Positions 45,994 to 55,660 of a stretch of 64,000 nucleotides of DNA are shown here, in pieces. The translations under genes were made by a program, and so were the position numbers. The notes beneath the pieces were generated by a model. That model ran no database searches. It worked only from the letters and a program-made list of their open reading frames with translations, and was not told the origin of the DNA. The stretch's first letter is position 1. Every line of letters begins with the position of its first letter. Source of the DNA: an uncultured virus (IMG/VR IMGVR_UViG_3300024261_000008). Taxonomy: Duplodnaviria; Heunggongvirae; Uroviricota; Caudoviricetes. Location: positions 62,001 through 126,000 of the IMG/VR virus record IMGVR_UViG_3300024261_000008; one strand, given 5' to 3'.

Positions 45994-47033
45994 GTAGAAC
46001 CCGGAGCACGATATTTAGCTACGTTGTATCCATCGACTTGATATACCTTTACAGCTTCTTTGATGCCGTGCATACGAGTATCATGCTTAACTTGCTCACA
46101 CATCGTCATAACTTCTCCTACAGGAGTAACCTGATCTTCTCTGTATTCTACAAGAGGTTCGTGCTTGGTGCCAGCAAATGTCTTTTTACCGAAATCGCAT
46201 AGTTTTGTACACTTCCATGTTTTCTTGAGAGGTGGACGCTTACAGTTTTTGATATCCTCGAAAGTTTTACGCAGCATCATCTCAACTTTAAATAAATCTC
46301 CTTTTTCAAAATTTATAGAAAATATGCCGCCGTCATTAATAAAATTAATCGTAACTATAATATGTTTTGCTTGAGGATACAAATGTTGAATAGCATAGTA
46401 ATACAGCATTAGCTGTGGGTCTCTCTGTAACTTAGCTATGGTCTTCTCTTCACCTGTGGCCCAATCCAAACGCCTTCCTGTTTTATAGTCAGTAATCTCA
46501 TATGTATCATCGTTAATTTTTGTGATCAAGTCGATTGTACCTTTAATCGCCAACTGTCCTTTGACATGGTTGCCTTCTGCGTCAGTAAAGTCATACCAAG
46601 CCCAAGGCTTATCAATAGTAATATCAAACCGTTGTTCAGGCTGGATGATATGCTGATTTCTGGGGTCTAACATACCATTGTTCTGCTCTAAACATTTTTG
46701 TATCCATTTTCTACAATCTCTGTAGTCTACGTCAGTCCATTTATGGTGTGTAAACGCACTGGTATAATAATCATAGACTTTTTGCGTTAAATCATCTATG
46801 CTATAATTATGTACATTGACATATCCTACAATATCATCCTCAAAGCTACCTTCTTTGTTTTGCAGTCCTAACTGTACGAAAGCAAGTATCTCCATCACCT
46901 TATGAACGATGGTTCCTTTGTCTGCTTTCTTATTAGAATCTCCATTGTGTCCTAATACATACTGGAAAAAGTATTGTTGATTACACATTTTCCATGTGCC
47001 TAGTGAACTACTTCTAATATATGCTATATCCAT
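45990..47033 (-). CDS. PD-(D/E)xK nuclease (RecB/AddB/Cas4-like)
   Basis: KGTIVH, EQRF, GTIDLI, ITDYKTG, QLMLYY; N- and C-terminal Cys residues. Confidence 0.85.
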   Translation of the reverse strand: MDIAYIRSSSLGTWKMCNQQYFFQYVLGHNGDSNKKADKGTIVHKVMEILAFVQLGLQNKEGSFEDDIVGYVNVHNYSIDDLTQKVYDYYTSAFTHHKWTDVDYRDCRKWIQKCLEQNNGMLDPRNQHIIQPEQRFDITIDKPWAWYDFTDAEGNHVKGQLAIKGTIDLITKINDDTYEITDYKTGRRLDWATGEEKTIAKLQRDPQLMLYYYAIQHLYPQAKHIIVTINFINDGGIFSINFEKGDLFKVEMMLRKTFEDIKNCKRPPLKKTWKCTKLCDFGKKTFAGTKHEPLVEYREDQVTPVGEVMTMCEQVKHDTRMHGIKEAVKVYQVDGYNVAKYRAPGST

Positions 47034-47041
47034 AAAATCTC

Positions 47042-48115
47042 CTATCGAGTTAAAACGCCACCATCCCTTGAAAGCATTAGTTTATCCCATGCAGACAAGG
47101 CATCAGGAGCCGTACTGGGCAGCACCTCAATGTTGTTATTAATAAAATGTGTTGATCCATCAACAAATACCACACCAACTCCACCGGGATGTAGACTTCT
47201 AGAAGTTGCTTCATTGTTAGTTAAATTAAAACAACTCATCCCTTGTGCGTTCATGTCGTAGCTTTGTTGTAAAAGGTTGCAGTTTATTACATTGTCTGCA
47301 CCTGACGAGGTATTAGCATTTGGCCCAGCAGCATCTAGACTCACCCCATCATAAGTTAAGCCGCCATGACCCCATAACGCACTACTGCCAGCACCAGCCA
47401 TAGCCCAGCAACCTCTAGAATCTCGTTCGTCGATACCTGCACGAATTTCTGCTAATAAACAAGTATTAGAAGTTCCATCAGTTATATGTCCGAACTGACT
47501 ACTCGCTCCATACCCCATGACTCCTCTAAGCATAGGGTCGTTCCAGTTCTTGCCATTATTGCCCAGAGCATTAAATGGAGGATGTAAAGTCAAAGAGAAC
47601 ATACCTAGGCCTGCGTTAGCAGCATAGTTACCTCTAGCCCAGTTATCACCCCATTGTGCAGACCTAGAAGCAGAAGTGCCATTAAATGGCTTCCTATTAT
47701 ATGGGTCACTAGCACAAAGCATAACACTAAGTTCTGTAGAACGCAACGCCTCATTGCTTGGTGCTGATACAGTAAACCTAGAGTCGCTTTCGTCGTGTAG
47801 AGACTTTACTGTGCTTTGCTCTACATAGTCTAGGATGTCAATTACCCAATTCTTTGTTCTGGTATATGAACCAATGCCATCTGGTGGCAAGTTAGGATCG
47901 TTTGATGAAATCTTATGACTAGCATACGGAAATCTACGATGTGCAGACTCGTAATTGTGACACGCTAGCCCTAACTGTTTCATATTGCTGGCACAAGACA
48001 TACGTCTTGCAGCCTCTCTTGCGGATTGCACAGCAGGCAACAACAAGCCAACAAGCACACCGATGATGGCAATAACAACAAGTAGTTCGATTAAAGTAAA
48101 TGCTTTCTTATTCAT
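47042..48115 (-). CDS. DUF1559-family prepilin-type N-terminal cleavage/methylation protein with an H-X9-DG motif
   Basis: KKAFTLIELLVVIAIIGVLVGLLLPAVQSAREAARRMSCASNMKQLGLACHNY; CASD; ITDGTSNT...E; SLHPGGVGVVFVDGS. Confidence 0.95.
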   Translation of the reverse strand: MNKKAFTLIELLVVIAIIGVLVGLLLPAVQSAREAARRMSCASNMKQLGLACHNYESAHRRFPYASHKISSNDPNLPPDGIGSYTRTKNWVIDILDYVEQSTVKSLHDESDSRFTVSAPSNEALRSTELSVMLCASDPYNRKPFNGTSASRSAQWGDNWARGNYAANAGLGMFSLTLHPPFNALGNNGKNWNDPMLRGVMGYGASSQFGHITDGTSNTCLLAEIRAGIDERDSRGCWAMAGAGSSALWGHGGLTYDGVSLDAAGPNANTSSGADNVINCNLLQQSYDMNAQGMSCFNLTNNEATSRSLHPGGVGVVFVDGSTHFINNNIEVLPSTAPDALSAWDKLMLSRDGGVLTR

Positions 48116-48693
48116 AGTAATTTCTCCAAAGTTAAAAAGTTGTCCAATTCATTCAAAGTCTCTTGTACCGTCTTATTAGTATTGTCAATAACTAAATCGA
48201 AGTTATCTATTGAAAAATAAGTGTGATCTAATGCAGTCTCACTGGCATGGTTACTATTATACACGTTCCGTTCCAGTTTGACAACCACCCCGCCAGCATT
48301 TTTTATACATTCTACTTCATTAGGGAAACGACAGTCTGCTACAAGTGCCAGAAAAGGTGAATCTTTTTCTATGCGACCTATAGTTGCTGCTGACCATACA
48401 TCATTTTTAATAGTACGAAATATATCTGTTCCTACATACTGCATTACTTCTCTAGCAGTCATGTTTTTCCCATGTCTCTTACATTCTGTCAAAGTGTTCT
48501 TTGCAGCATCGTCGCCGTAACACTGGGTATATGTCAAACCTAAAACATCCATACATACAGTGCGTTTTAGTGGATCAGCAAAATTATATACTTTGCATAC
48601 TTTATCTCCTGTACACTTAGACGCAAGGTGTTCTGCACAAGTTGTTTTACCAGACTGTTTTCTGCCAGCAAATGCAATAATCTTAGTTTTCAT
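48112..48693 (-). CDS. Deoxynucleoside monophosphate kinase
   Basis: FAGRKQSGKTT, FADPLK, REVMQYVGT, DCRFPNE, HASE. Confidence 0.88.
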   Translation of the reverse strand: MKTKIIAFAGRKQSGKTTCAEHLASKCTGDKVCKVYNFADPLKRTVCMDVLGLTYTQCYGDDAAKNTLTECKRHGKNMTAREVMQYVGTDIFRTIKNDVWSAATIGRIEKDSPFLALVADCRFPNEVECIKNAGGVVVKLERNVYNSNHASETALDHTYFSIDNFDLVIDNTNKTVQETLNELDNFLTLEKLL

Positions 48694-49859
48694 ATAACGT
48701 CCTTTATATACTGTTTGATTTCCTTGTCAATTTCTTCACTAGTCATTTCACCAATGTCACCCTTAGATATTTCTGGTATAAATACCCTGTAAGTGTTTTG
48801 GCATTTGTTCTTAATCTCTTGTGCCGCCTGCTTACCAGCCTCATCATTATCGGTCAATACTATTATAGCCATTGCTCCCGAAGAGTCCAGTAATATTTTC
48901 TGTCTATCGCTCAGATTACAGCCAAATATAGCTACACTATTATGTATGCCATTCTCTTCTAGTCTCCATACATTGCCGGGACTCTCTACGATAATAGCTA
49001 CATGAGACTGCTCTATATGCTCTTTGGCAAAACCTTTCCAATAGTTGTACAAATTATTCTGACTTTTAAAATCTGCACTATGTTTCCATTTAGAGTAGGC
49101 CCATCTATATTCTGAATCAGGACAATCTTGGTTGGGGTCATGGTAAGCACCACATTTAGGACAAGCCTCAAATATGCTGCGACCAGTACAGCCTACCATA
49201 TTATCATATTCTAGATTGTATATGGGTGCTACTACACGATTATTCATAGGCTTGCCTTTAGAGGCACACAAACCAACGTCATACCTGTCCAATACTTCCT
49301 GTGAATATCCTCTATTTATAAAGTATTCAGCAGGATAAATTAGTGAACTTCTAACTTGTTTTCTGGTAATCTTAGAGGCTTGAACTTTGTCTTCTTCCCT
49401 TATATGATTAATTGCATTGGTAAAGTTAGACTTATTGCGATTGACCTTTGTGATCTTAATATCTTTCATGTCTTTGTTGACAAACTTTTCTAAGAAAGTT
49501 ACTGCTTCTTTAAAGGTTGCCATCTTATCGCCTTGCTTATACCACTTATATTTTCTGTGTGATATAATACCTCTTACGAAACCTATTAGTGAACCCCTAA
49601 AGCACTTTTGACAACCATGAGTCCTACACTTCCAGTTACCCTTATAATTATCGTAGGCATCATCACCCACATGATAAATGTTCAGTGCGGAGTCATTGTC
49701 TCCACCGTGTATGGGACAAGGCATACTATACATCTTGCCTTTATCTTTATATTCAAGATCAAAGTAGTCAAACAATGCTTCTATGTCATCACACGCCATA
49801 TCGCATAGTATTTTTAACTTTTTCTGATCACTCGAATGGGATTTGTTCGCTGTCTTCAT
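48690..49859 (-). CDS. dnaG: DnaG-type DNA primase
   Basis: CHC2-like zinc finger CPIH...WKCRTHGC; RVVAPI...GCTGR; Toprim IIVESPGN...DNDEAG...KGDIGE. Confidence 0.85.
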   Translation of the reverse strand: MKTANKSHSSDQKKLKILCDMACDDIEALFDYFDLEYKDKGKMYSMPCPIHGGDNDSALNIYHVGDDAYDNYKGNWKCRTHGCQKCFRGSLIGFVRGIISHRKYKWYKQGDKMATFKEAVTFLEKFVNKDMKDIKITKVNRNKSNFTNAINHIREEDKVQASKITRKQVRSSLIYPAEYFINRGYSQEVLDRYDVGLCASKGKPMNNRVVAPIYNLEYDNMVGCTGRSIFEACPKCGAYHDPNQDCPDSEYRWAYSKWKHSADFKSQNNLYNYWKGFAKEHIEQSHVAIIVESPGNVWRLEENGIHNSVAIFGCNLSDRQKILLDSSGAMAIIVLTDNDEAGKQAAQEIKNKCQNTYRVFIPEISKGDIGEMTSEEIDKEIKQYIKDVI

Positions 49860-51297
49860 TATTTTCCTCTACCAAAAAGCCATCTGATTCTTGTCCACGA
49901 TTATTCATTACTTCTAATTTAGTTTTACCTTCGGTAATCTTTGCACACCAACCTTTCATGTTGCAGTTGATGTAGTCGTTATCGTCTAGTCCTCCACCAT
50001 GACGACTAATAAGAGGAACTAGCTTACGGTTGCCGTTGTCTGCACCATCTTCAGCAATCTCTTCAGACGACTTGCGTTTAAAGATACTGAAATTGCTACA
50101 GAGCCATACGATTCTATCTGAGCCGCTAGCCGTATCTGTGCTCTCTTTTGTTATACCGTCACGGTTTAGCTGAATAAATGCCATGATAGGTATTTTATAT
50201 TTTGTTGCGAAGTTATGTAGTTGTGTCATCATAAATCCCAACAGTTGATACTCTTTCATATCCGCACTCATGCCTTGCGTATCCATCAATTTTAGGTAGT
50301 CATAGAAGATAACACAGTCTTTTGCTGTGCCGTCATCATTTAGTCCTACTTCTTTTACGATCCATCTACGCACAATAGACATTTGATCTTCAAAACTTTT
50401 ACCAGCAATAGACTTATGATAATACGGTGTCTTTTTAAGTTTAGCCATTGCTTCTATTATTTTTGTTTTGTTTGCGGGTGTGCCAGCAAACCTTCCGGTT
50501 TCTATATCATTTATCTCAACCTCTGTCATCATAGCCAGAACACGATTGATATGGTCTTCTTTAGTCATTTCAGTATCCATATTTAATACTGGGATACCGA
50601 GTTCACTAGCTATATAAAAGCCCATATTGTCTGATAATAAAGTCTTACCAGTTTTTGGTCTAGCAGCAATCACGTTGACTGTGGACTTTCTTAGTCCCCC
50701 ACCTATAGCCTGATCGTATGCAGGGAAGCCAGTAGAAATACCTACTTGGTCAACTTTATTTTCTACAAGGTCTTTGACATACGCATCTATATCGCTTCCG
50801 ATAGTTTCTGGTTTACCATCAGAATCATTCAACACGTTCGTAAAATCAAAAACAGCATCTTCAGCTACAGCCAGAATAGAACCAATGCTCTCTGTGCCAG
50901 TGACATCCAACAGTTTGTCTCCAGCCCCTTCTAATTGTTTCTTTAGTAGTCTAGCTATTTCTAGTTTGCGAATTTTTGCTGCAAACTTTCTGACGTTATC
51001 CAGATTCACGGGGAAATCTATTACGGCTTTGAGATGCTGAACCTCATCCTTTTTCTGAATAACTGCACCAAGAGTTAACTCTTCAGCAGCAGAAAAGATA
51101 GATGCCACATCAATAGATGTTTGTACCTCTTCTTTATCAAAAATAGTCTTCAGGCATTTAAACAGTATCACATTACTGTCTACAGTAAACGTAGATTCGG
51201 TTACAATGTCTGCTATATCTAACCAGCCGTCATGACCATACTTGCACAATCCTGCAAGCACTGCTCGTTCTGCTGATGTGTCGCTTAATACTAACAT
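49828..51297 (-). CDS. dnaB: Replicative DNA helicase DnaB
   Basis: AERAVLAG N-domain, GISTGF..D..IGG, Walker A AARPKTGKT, YDYLKLM, QLNR. Confidence 0.92.
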   Translation of the reverse strand: MLVLSDTSAERAVLAGLCKYGHDGWLDIADIVTESTFTVDSNVILFKCLKTIFDKEEVQTSIDVASIFSAAEELTLGAVIQKKDEVQHLKAVIDFPVNLDNVRKFAAKIRKLEIARLLKKQLEGAGDKLLDVTGTESIGSILAVAEDAVFDFTNVLNDSDGKPETIGSDIDAYVKDLVENKVDQVGISTGFPAYDQAIGGGLRKSTVNVIAARPKTGKTLLSDNMGFYIASELGIPVLNMDTEMTKEDHINRVLAMMTEVEINDIETGRFAGTPANKTKIIEAMAKLKKTPYYHKSIAGKSFEDQMSIVRRWIVKEVGLNDDGTAKDCVIFYDYLKLMDTQGMSADMKEYQLLGFMMTQLHNFATKYKIPIMAFIQLNRDGITKESTDTASGSDRIVWLCSNFSIFKRKSSEEIAEDGADNGNRKLVPLISRHGGGLDDNDYINCNMKGWCAKITEGKTKLEVMNNRGQESDGFLVEENNEDSEQIPFE

Positions 51298-51689
51298 TAA
51301 CCACTACCCTTTGAGCATGAGTTGCATTTATATCTAGCTTCGCCCTCATATAACAGACTAGCACTGACTTCCTCTGATTTGCCGCATATACGACAAGTTG
51401 CTTTTACCATAGATACACTACGATTTCTAGGAACAGGAGGATACTGTGATAGCTTTTTCTGCAATTCTGTATCCTGCTTGTGCAGTTTATTTTCCATCAT
51501 TTCATCAAACTTATTATAGTGCTTGCCAGTTCTATACGAAGGTCCAGCATCCTTAATAGGAGTATTGGGATTGATCAGTGGGGAGACATCTGTTTTGACT
51601 GCCACTGCTTCTTCTTTGTCTTCTGGAAGCATGGCTTTTAACATGCCAATCATTTGCTTGATCTGTGCTGGACTTAATTCTTCAGCCAT
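51297..51689 (-). CDS. Hypothetical protein with a C-terminal zinc ribbon
   Basis: CRIC...CNSC; TAATG overlap with dnaB. Confidence 0.65.
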   Translation of the reverse strand: MAEELSPAQIKQMIGMLKAMLPEDKEEAVAVKTDVSPLINPNTPIKDAGPSYRTGKHYNKFDEMMENKLHKQDTELQKKLSQYPPVPRNRSVSMVKATCRICGKSEEVSASLLYEGEARYKCNSCSKGSG

Positions 51690-52170
51690 TTTTCACCATG
51701 CCCTTTGCTCTTTGAATGTTAATTAAAATATCCGATAGGTTTTTCAATGAACTAGACAAGTAAGTTAGTCTGTCTAGTCTCTGCGTTGCATACTTCTTTA
51801 TCATGTTTAATTTGAATGCTTTCTCATTGTGTTTAATTGCTTGGTATGATTTTTCAAGATATCCGTATCCTTTGTAGCTGTTGATTTCATCAGCAATTAC
51901 AATCTTGATTTCATCGTCAGCCCAATTAATTCTTGCCTGCTCACGGTTTATAGTTCGCTGTAGATGGAAACCAAATTGTCCAAGTCTAAAAGCGATCTCT
52001 GCACAGTGAGTTATATCCATCTTTTCTAACACATCTCTCGTCATTGTCAAGTACTCATTTAATTCTTTTTCTGGTAGGCTATCGCCTTTATATGATGGCA
52101 TACCTAGACCATGTTCATATTCGTCTAGTACTGTATCCCAATATTCTATTTGTTCTTTAGCAGTTTTCAT
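51682..52170 (-). CDS. Helical hypothetical protein, possible UvsY-like recombination mediator
   Basis: All-helical coiled-coil character, similar size, and position near recA; inference only. Confidence 0.4.
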   Translation of the reverse strand: MKTAKEQIEYWDTVLDEYEHGLGMPSYKGDSLPEKELNEYLTMTRDVLEKMDITHCAEIAFRLGQFGFHLQRTINREQARINWADDEIKIVIADEINSYKGYGYLEKSYQAIKHNEKAFKLNMIKKYATQRLDRLTYLSSSLKNLSDILINIQRAKGMVKNG

Positions 52171-52577
52171 CCTAATATCCTTTTACGCCATTGTTCTAAG
52201 TCTTCGCTGTATGGTAACTCAATATATTCTATTCCGTTTAATTCGCACCATTCTATTTTTTCTCTGTCTCGTTTCTTATGTTGTGCAAAATTCATTGGTG
52301 TTTGATGGAAGTGAGGTATAAACTTATAGTGTTGTTCGCCATGAACCTCAATACACTTGCTATTAAGAGGTAGGAAAAAATCTAGATATACTCTCTGACC
52401 TTTCTTAATCGGTATTGTAATCTCTTCACATATTTGTAAAGTAGGAAAACATTCTTTAATTAAATCTCTCGCTGCTGTATGATATTTTGACTTACCTGCC
52501 CTAGTTGCTCTAGAAAGACCTTGTGCGATGTTCAATTTTATTTGGTTGCCATCTAGATCGTATACAGTTTTACTCAT
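52167..52577 (-). CDS. Vsr/DUF559-like endonuclease
   Basis: YLDFFLP...CIEVHGEQHY...RDREK..WC..NGI..IELPY. Confidence 0.7.
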   Translation of the reverse strand: MSKTVYDLDGNQIKLNIAQGLSRATRAGKSKYHTAARDLIKECFPTLQICEEITIPIKKGQRVYLDFFLPLNSKCIEVHGEQHYKFIPHFHQTPMNFAQHKKRDREKIEWCELNGIEYIELPYSEDLEQWRKRILG

Positions 52578-53589
52578 CTACTTCCAATCCTAGCATTGCC
52601 TTTAATTCTTTGTCTAATTGTTTGGCATGGTCAGGGTTTTCTAATAGATACAGCCGTACCTTCTCAGCACCTTGAAATTTAGGCTTGTCTTTAATAGACT
52701 CAAGCGTGTACCATGCACCACCTTTTTTAATAACACCCAAGTCGCTGCATAATTCGACCAACTCAGACATCTTATCAATTCCTTGTCCATATCTTATAAA
52801 ACTGATACTCTTTACTCCCGGTGGTCCAAGAGCAGAGGTGATCGTCTTCCAAGTGACTTTCTGGCCGACTTGTGGCCCTGTTGCAGGAATGTGCCATGCT
52901 TCTACTTTTTCAGCCCATAGCTTCACATCTGTCTGATATGCTACAGCTTGTCCTGATTTTTCTTTGAACTCTTTTCCATAGCCGGTAGGATTACCCATAA
53001 GATGAGTAATACCAATAACAATATTCTTATTGACAGGAATAACATTGGCTACCTTTCTACAAAATTTAGCAAGCAATTTAGCACCGTCAGCCCTTTGCAT
53101 TTTATTCATCTCAGAAGTTATCTCTGCTTCTGTACAAAGTGCTGAATAAGAATCAATAATTAAAATAGAACCGGGAATCTCATTGATGATACGTTCTGCA
53201 ATAGCAAGATATTCTTCACCATGTAGAATCTTACCTTGTTGAGAGCCTACAATTTCAAACCTGTCTAAGTCTAGTCCTTCAATCCCTTTTAAATCCCGTT
53301 GCTTTAATCTACCTTCTATGTTTAGGTAATACGCCTGTCTTGGTTTCTTTAGGTCTCCCTGATATTCTGGTCTGAGTGCTGTGGAGCAAAAGTCTAGAGA
53401 CGATGTAGTCTTGCCGCATTTAGGTTGTCCAGTGAAGATGATGAAACTACCTTCTGGTATTCCTCCTCCTAGACCCAAGTCTAAAGCTGGACTAACTGGT
53501 ATAATAACTTGCTTTTGATCGACGACAGCATTTGCTGACACTACAATTTCATCACCAAATTGTTTTTTAATATCTTCCTTTAATGCCAT
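52570..53589 (-). CDS. recA: RecA/UvsX-like recombinase
   Basis: SPALDLGLGGGIPEG, Walker A GQPKCGKTT, IIDSYSAL, GVIKKGGAWY, KFQG. Confidence 0.9.
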   Translation of the reverse strand: MALKEDIKKQFGDEIVVSANAVVDQKQVIIPVSPALDLGLGGGIPEGSFIIFTGQPKCGKTTSSLDFCSTALRPEYQGDLKKPRQAYYLNIEGRLKQRDLKGIEGLDLDRFEIVGSQQGKILHGEEYLAIAERIINEIPGSILIIDSYSALCTEAEITSEMNKMQRADGAKLLAKFCRKVANVIPVNKNIVIGITHLMGNPTGYGKEFKEKSGQAVAYQTDVKLWAEKVEAWHIPATGPQVGQKVTWKTITSALGPPGVKSISFIRYGQGIDKMSELVELCSDLGVIKKGGAWYTLESIKDKPKFQGAEKVRLYLLENPDHAKQLDKELKAMLGLEVDE

Positions 53590-53997
53590 TTAATCTAACT
53601 CCCTAAGTTTACTGATAATGTTGTCTTTAGTCTTATGTTTTGTATAAGTTGGTTTTTCTATTCTCTCTATGTCCTTACGCATCTGTGTGTTCTGTGCTGC
53701 AAGTTTAACTTCTTCCTCTTCTATTATAGCCTTGAGGTGTGGTGCTCGCAAGGAAAAAATTCTTAGACCGGCATTAGTATTTAACGCATTAATTATCGCC
53801 CTTGGAGAAAACTGCTTACATAACCTATTTGCAGTTGGTATCTGATTCCTGAAGTATTTATTCCACTTGTCACTGAGCCAGAAACGATGGTGTAAATCTT
53901 GCTTTTCTTTTTTGGCTTTGCGTTCGCATATCATCTCTGTGATAAACTGAGCCGGTGTTATCTCTTTATTTTGAAAATATTTAGATGGGTATTTCAT
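53590..53997 (-). CDS. Hypothetical protein (135 aa)
   Basis: Abuts recA and has a TAATG overlap upstream. Confidence 0.65.
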   Translation of the reverse strand: MKYPSKYFQNKEITPAQFITEMICERKAKKEKQDLHHRFWLSDKWNKYFRNQIPTANRLCKQFSPRAIINALNTNAGLRIFSLRAPHLKAIIEEEEVKLAAQNTQMRKDIERIEKPTYTKHKTKDNIISKLRELD

Positions 53998-54434
53998 TAT
54001 GCTTCGTTCGATTTCTTTTTTTCCAATTCTTTTTCTATATTAACATACGAAGCATCAAGAGATTTGTCAAGTGTTTCTATGAAATCTTTTGACAGATTTA
54101 CTGGGTCTATTCCGGGCTTGACTACTACATGATAATCTACACTATTAATTTGCTGTATATTTGTTAACTCTGTACACTCATCATTCATGTGGTGTAACTC
54201 TGACTTGACATTAATAAAAAGATGTGTAATGCCTTCAGTAACAAATTCAGGATGAGCATCCCCATAATAGTATCCTGCTTCATCTATAGGGTTCTCACTT
54301 TGGTTTGTTCGACCGCTTGCTGCCGCTTCCATTTTTTTCTTTAGCCTATGATACTCTTCAATTTCTTCTGGGCTAATAAGTTCTAAAAAACTCTTAACTT
54401 CTTCGTCTATCTTTATTTCTTCTTCGTTCTTCAT
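53997..54434 (-). CDS. Hypothetical acidic protein (145 aa)
   Basis: GGAG RBS; in the operon. Confidence 0.6.
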   Translation of the reverse strand: MKNEEEIKIDEEVKSFLELISPEEIEEYHRLKKKMEAAASGRTNQSENPIDEAGYYYGDAHPEFVTEGITHLFINVKSELHHMNDECTELTNIQQINSVDYHVVVKPGIDPVNLSKDFIETLDKSLDASYVNIEKELEKKKSNEA

Positions 54435-54540
54435 TTCTGTTCTCCAATACTGCTAATATAAATGCTAGAACAACTCCTGCTGTTGCTAGCCAGACAAAAA
54501 ATCTAATTAAAAATTCTATCGCCGGTACGCCACCCATCAT
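54394..54540 (-). CDS. Small single-pass membrane protein (48 aa), absent from the ORF track
   Basis: Translated by hand: MMGGVPAIEFLIRFFVWLATAGVVLAFILAVLENRNEERRRNKDRRRS*. ATGA overlap with the upstream stop; fills the gap between neighbours. Confidence 0.6.
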   Translation of the reverse strand: MMGGVPAIEFLIRFFVWLATAGVVLAFILAVLENRNEERRRNKDRRRS

Positions 54541-54881
54541 TCTGGCCTAAAAATAAAGCCGGAAGTATCTCTACTCTCTCCGGTTTCTTTAGCCTTTTTG
54601 ACGGCTTCATCTGCCTGCATAGACGCTGCTTCTGTCATTACAGAAACATTGCTCTTGCCACTTGCAGTATCATGACTCATCAAATCTCTAACACCTGTTA
54701 CGGGAGCCTGCTTTGTTTTTACAGCAGATTCTTTTTGTGCTGGTTGAGGATGATGCTTTTTGACTACACCTCTAACTTGTGCAGGAGTAAGGCCTAGTTC
54801 TTCAGAAACCTGCGAAGTAGTTTTCCCTTCACTGATCAAGTGCAAAACAGCATACGTTTGTGTCTGTGTAATCTTTGCCAT
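54537..54881 (-). CDS. HTH DNA-binding protein
   Basis: VLHLISEGKTTSQVSEELGLTPAQVR helix-turn-helix pattern. Confidence 0.65.
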   Translation of the reverse strand: MAKITQTQTYAVLHLISEGKTTSQVSEELGLTPAQVRGVVKKHHPQPAQKESAVKTKQAPVTGVRDLMSHDTASGKSNVSVMTEAASMQADEAVKKAKETGESRDTSGFIFRPE

Positions 54882-55282
54882 TATTCTATCTCTCTTTCTG
54901 CGTTAAGTAAAAATGCTTTGTTCCTAGTCTTTAAAAAATCAATATACATTGTGAAGGCTTTAAGATTTACTTCCCTGAATCTGTCATTAGAACGGCACAC
55001 CCGATCCAAAAAGTCCTCGTCTTCTTTCATTCCATAGATACTTAGAGCATCAAATAGCTTTCCTGTCTGTGCAGTTTTAACCAAATATTTGTTGCTACCG
55101 TCTTTCCTGATCATTGTTTTAGCATACACCCTATTGTCGTCCGACTCTCTACGTGGATAGTCGTCCTGATCATTAAAGTCCTGATGACCTGCCATCGTAT
55201 AAAAAGCCACACCCTTTTCAGTGTTTTCTTTTCTGATAGTTTTCTGTTCTTTGTATACGCTTTTTGGGTTAAATATTGACAT
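54881..55282 (-). CDS. Hypothetical protein (133 aa)
   Basis: AGGAG RBS; TAATG overlap downstream. Confidence 0.65.
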   Translation of the reverse strand: MSIFNPKSVYKEQKTIRKENTEKGVAFYTMAGHQDFNDQDDYPRRESDDNRVYAKTMIRKDGSNKYLVKTAQTGKLFDALSIYGMKEDEDFLDRVCRSNDRFREVNLKAFTMYIDFLKTRNKAFLLNAEREIE

Positions 55283-55290
55283 ATGTTCTC

Positions 55291-55659
55291 CTAGTCTTTA
55301 GTCCATTTAGTTTTAGTTTTGGGTCTTTCTATCCTGCTCATGCCTGCTGGCAACTGTTCATCTAGTACTTTCCTAGCGTCTTCTTTTTGTTTCTGGTCAT
55401 AATGCTTGGCTTCAATGGATTGCTTTTTGTCTTCGCTAAACCTTCTGCCATTACGCTCTGCTAGATGACCTAATGTAATTTCACTGTCTCCCTTTATTAC
55501 ACTGACTAAAGGCAGATCGTCTTCATATGAACGACACACATGCTTTTTCTTTTTACATTTAGGACAATCTGGTTGACTATCATATTCTGAGATTGATACA
55601 GTCAACTCAAAGTAAATGTTGCAATTTTTGTCTTCGCAGCAATATGTATATGTTGGCAT
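55291..55659 (-). CDS. FmdB-family zinc-ribbon protein
   Basis: MPTYTYCC...C...FE...CPKC. Confidence 0.8.
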   Translation of the reverse strand: MPTYTYCCEDKNCNIYFELTVSISEYDSQPDCPKCKKKKHVCRSYEDDLPLVSVIKGDSEITLGHLAERNGRRFSEDKKQSIEAKHYDQKQKEDARKVLDEQLPAGMSRIERPKTKTKWTKD

Positions 55660-55660
55660 C

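Noticed and set aside
45990..47033. Cas4-like nuclease as evidence for a CRISPR-Cas system
   Set aside because: No repeat-spacer array or other cas genes seen; stand-alone nucleases of this type are common in phage replication modules.
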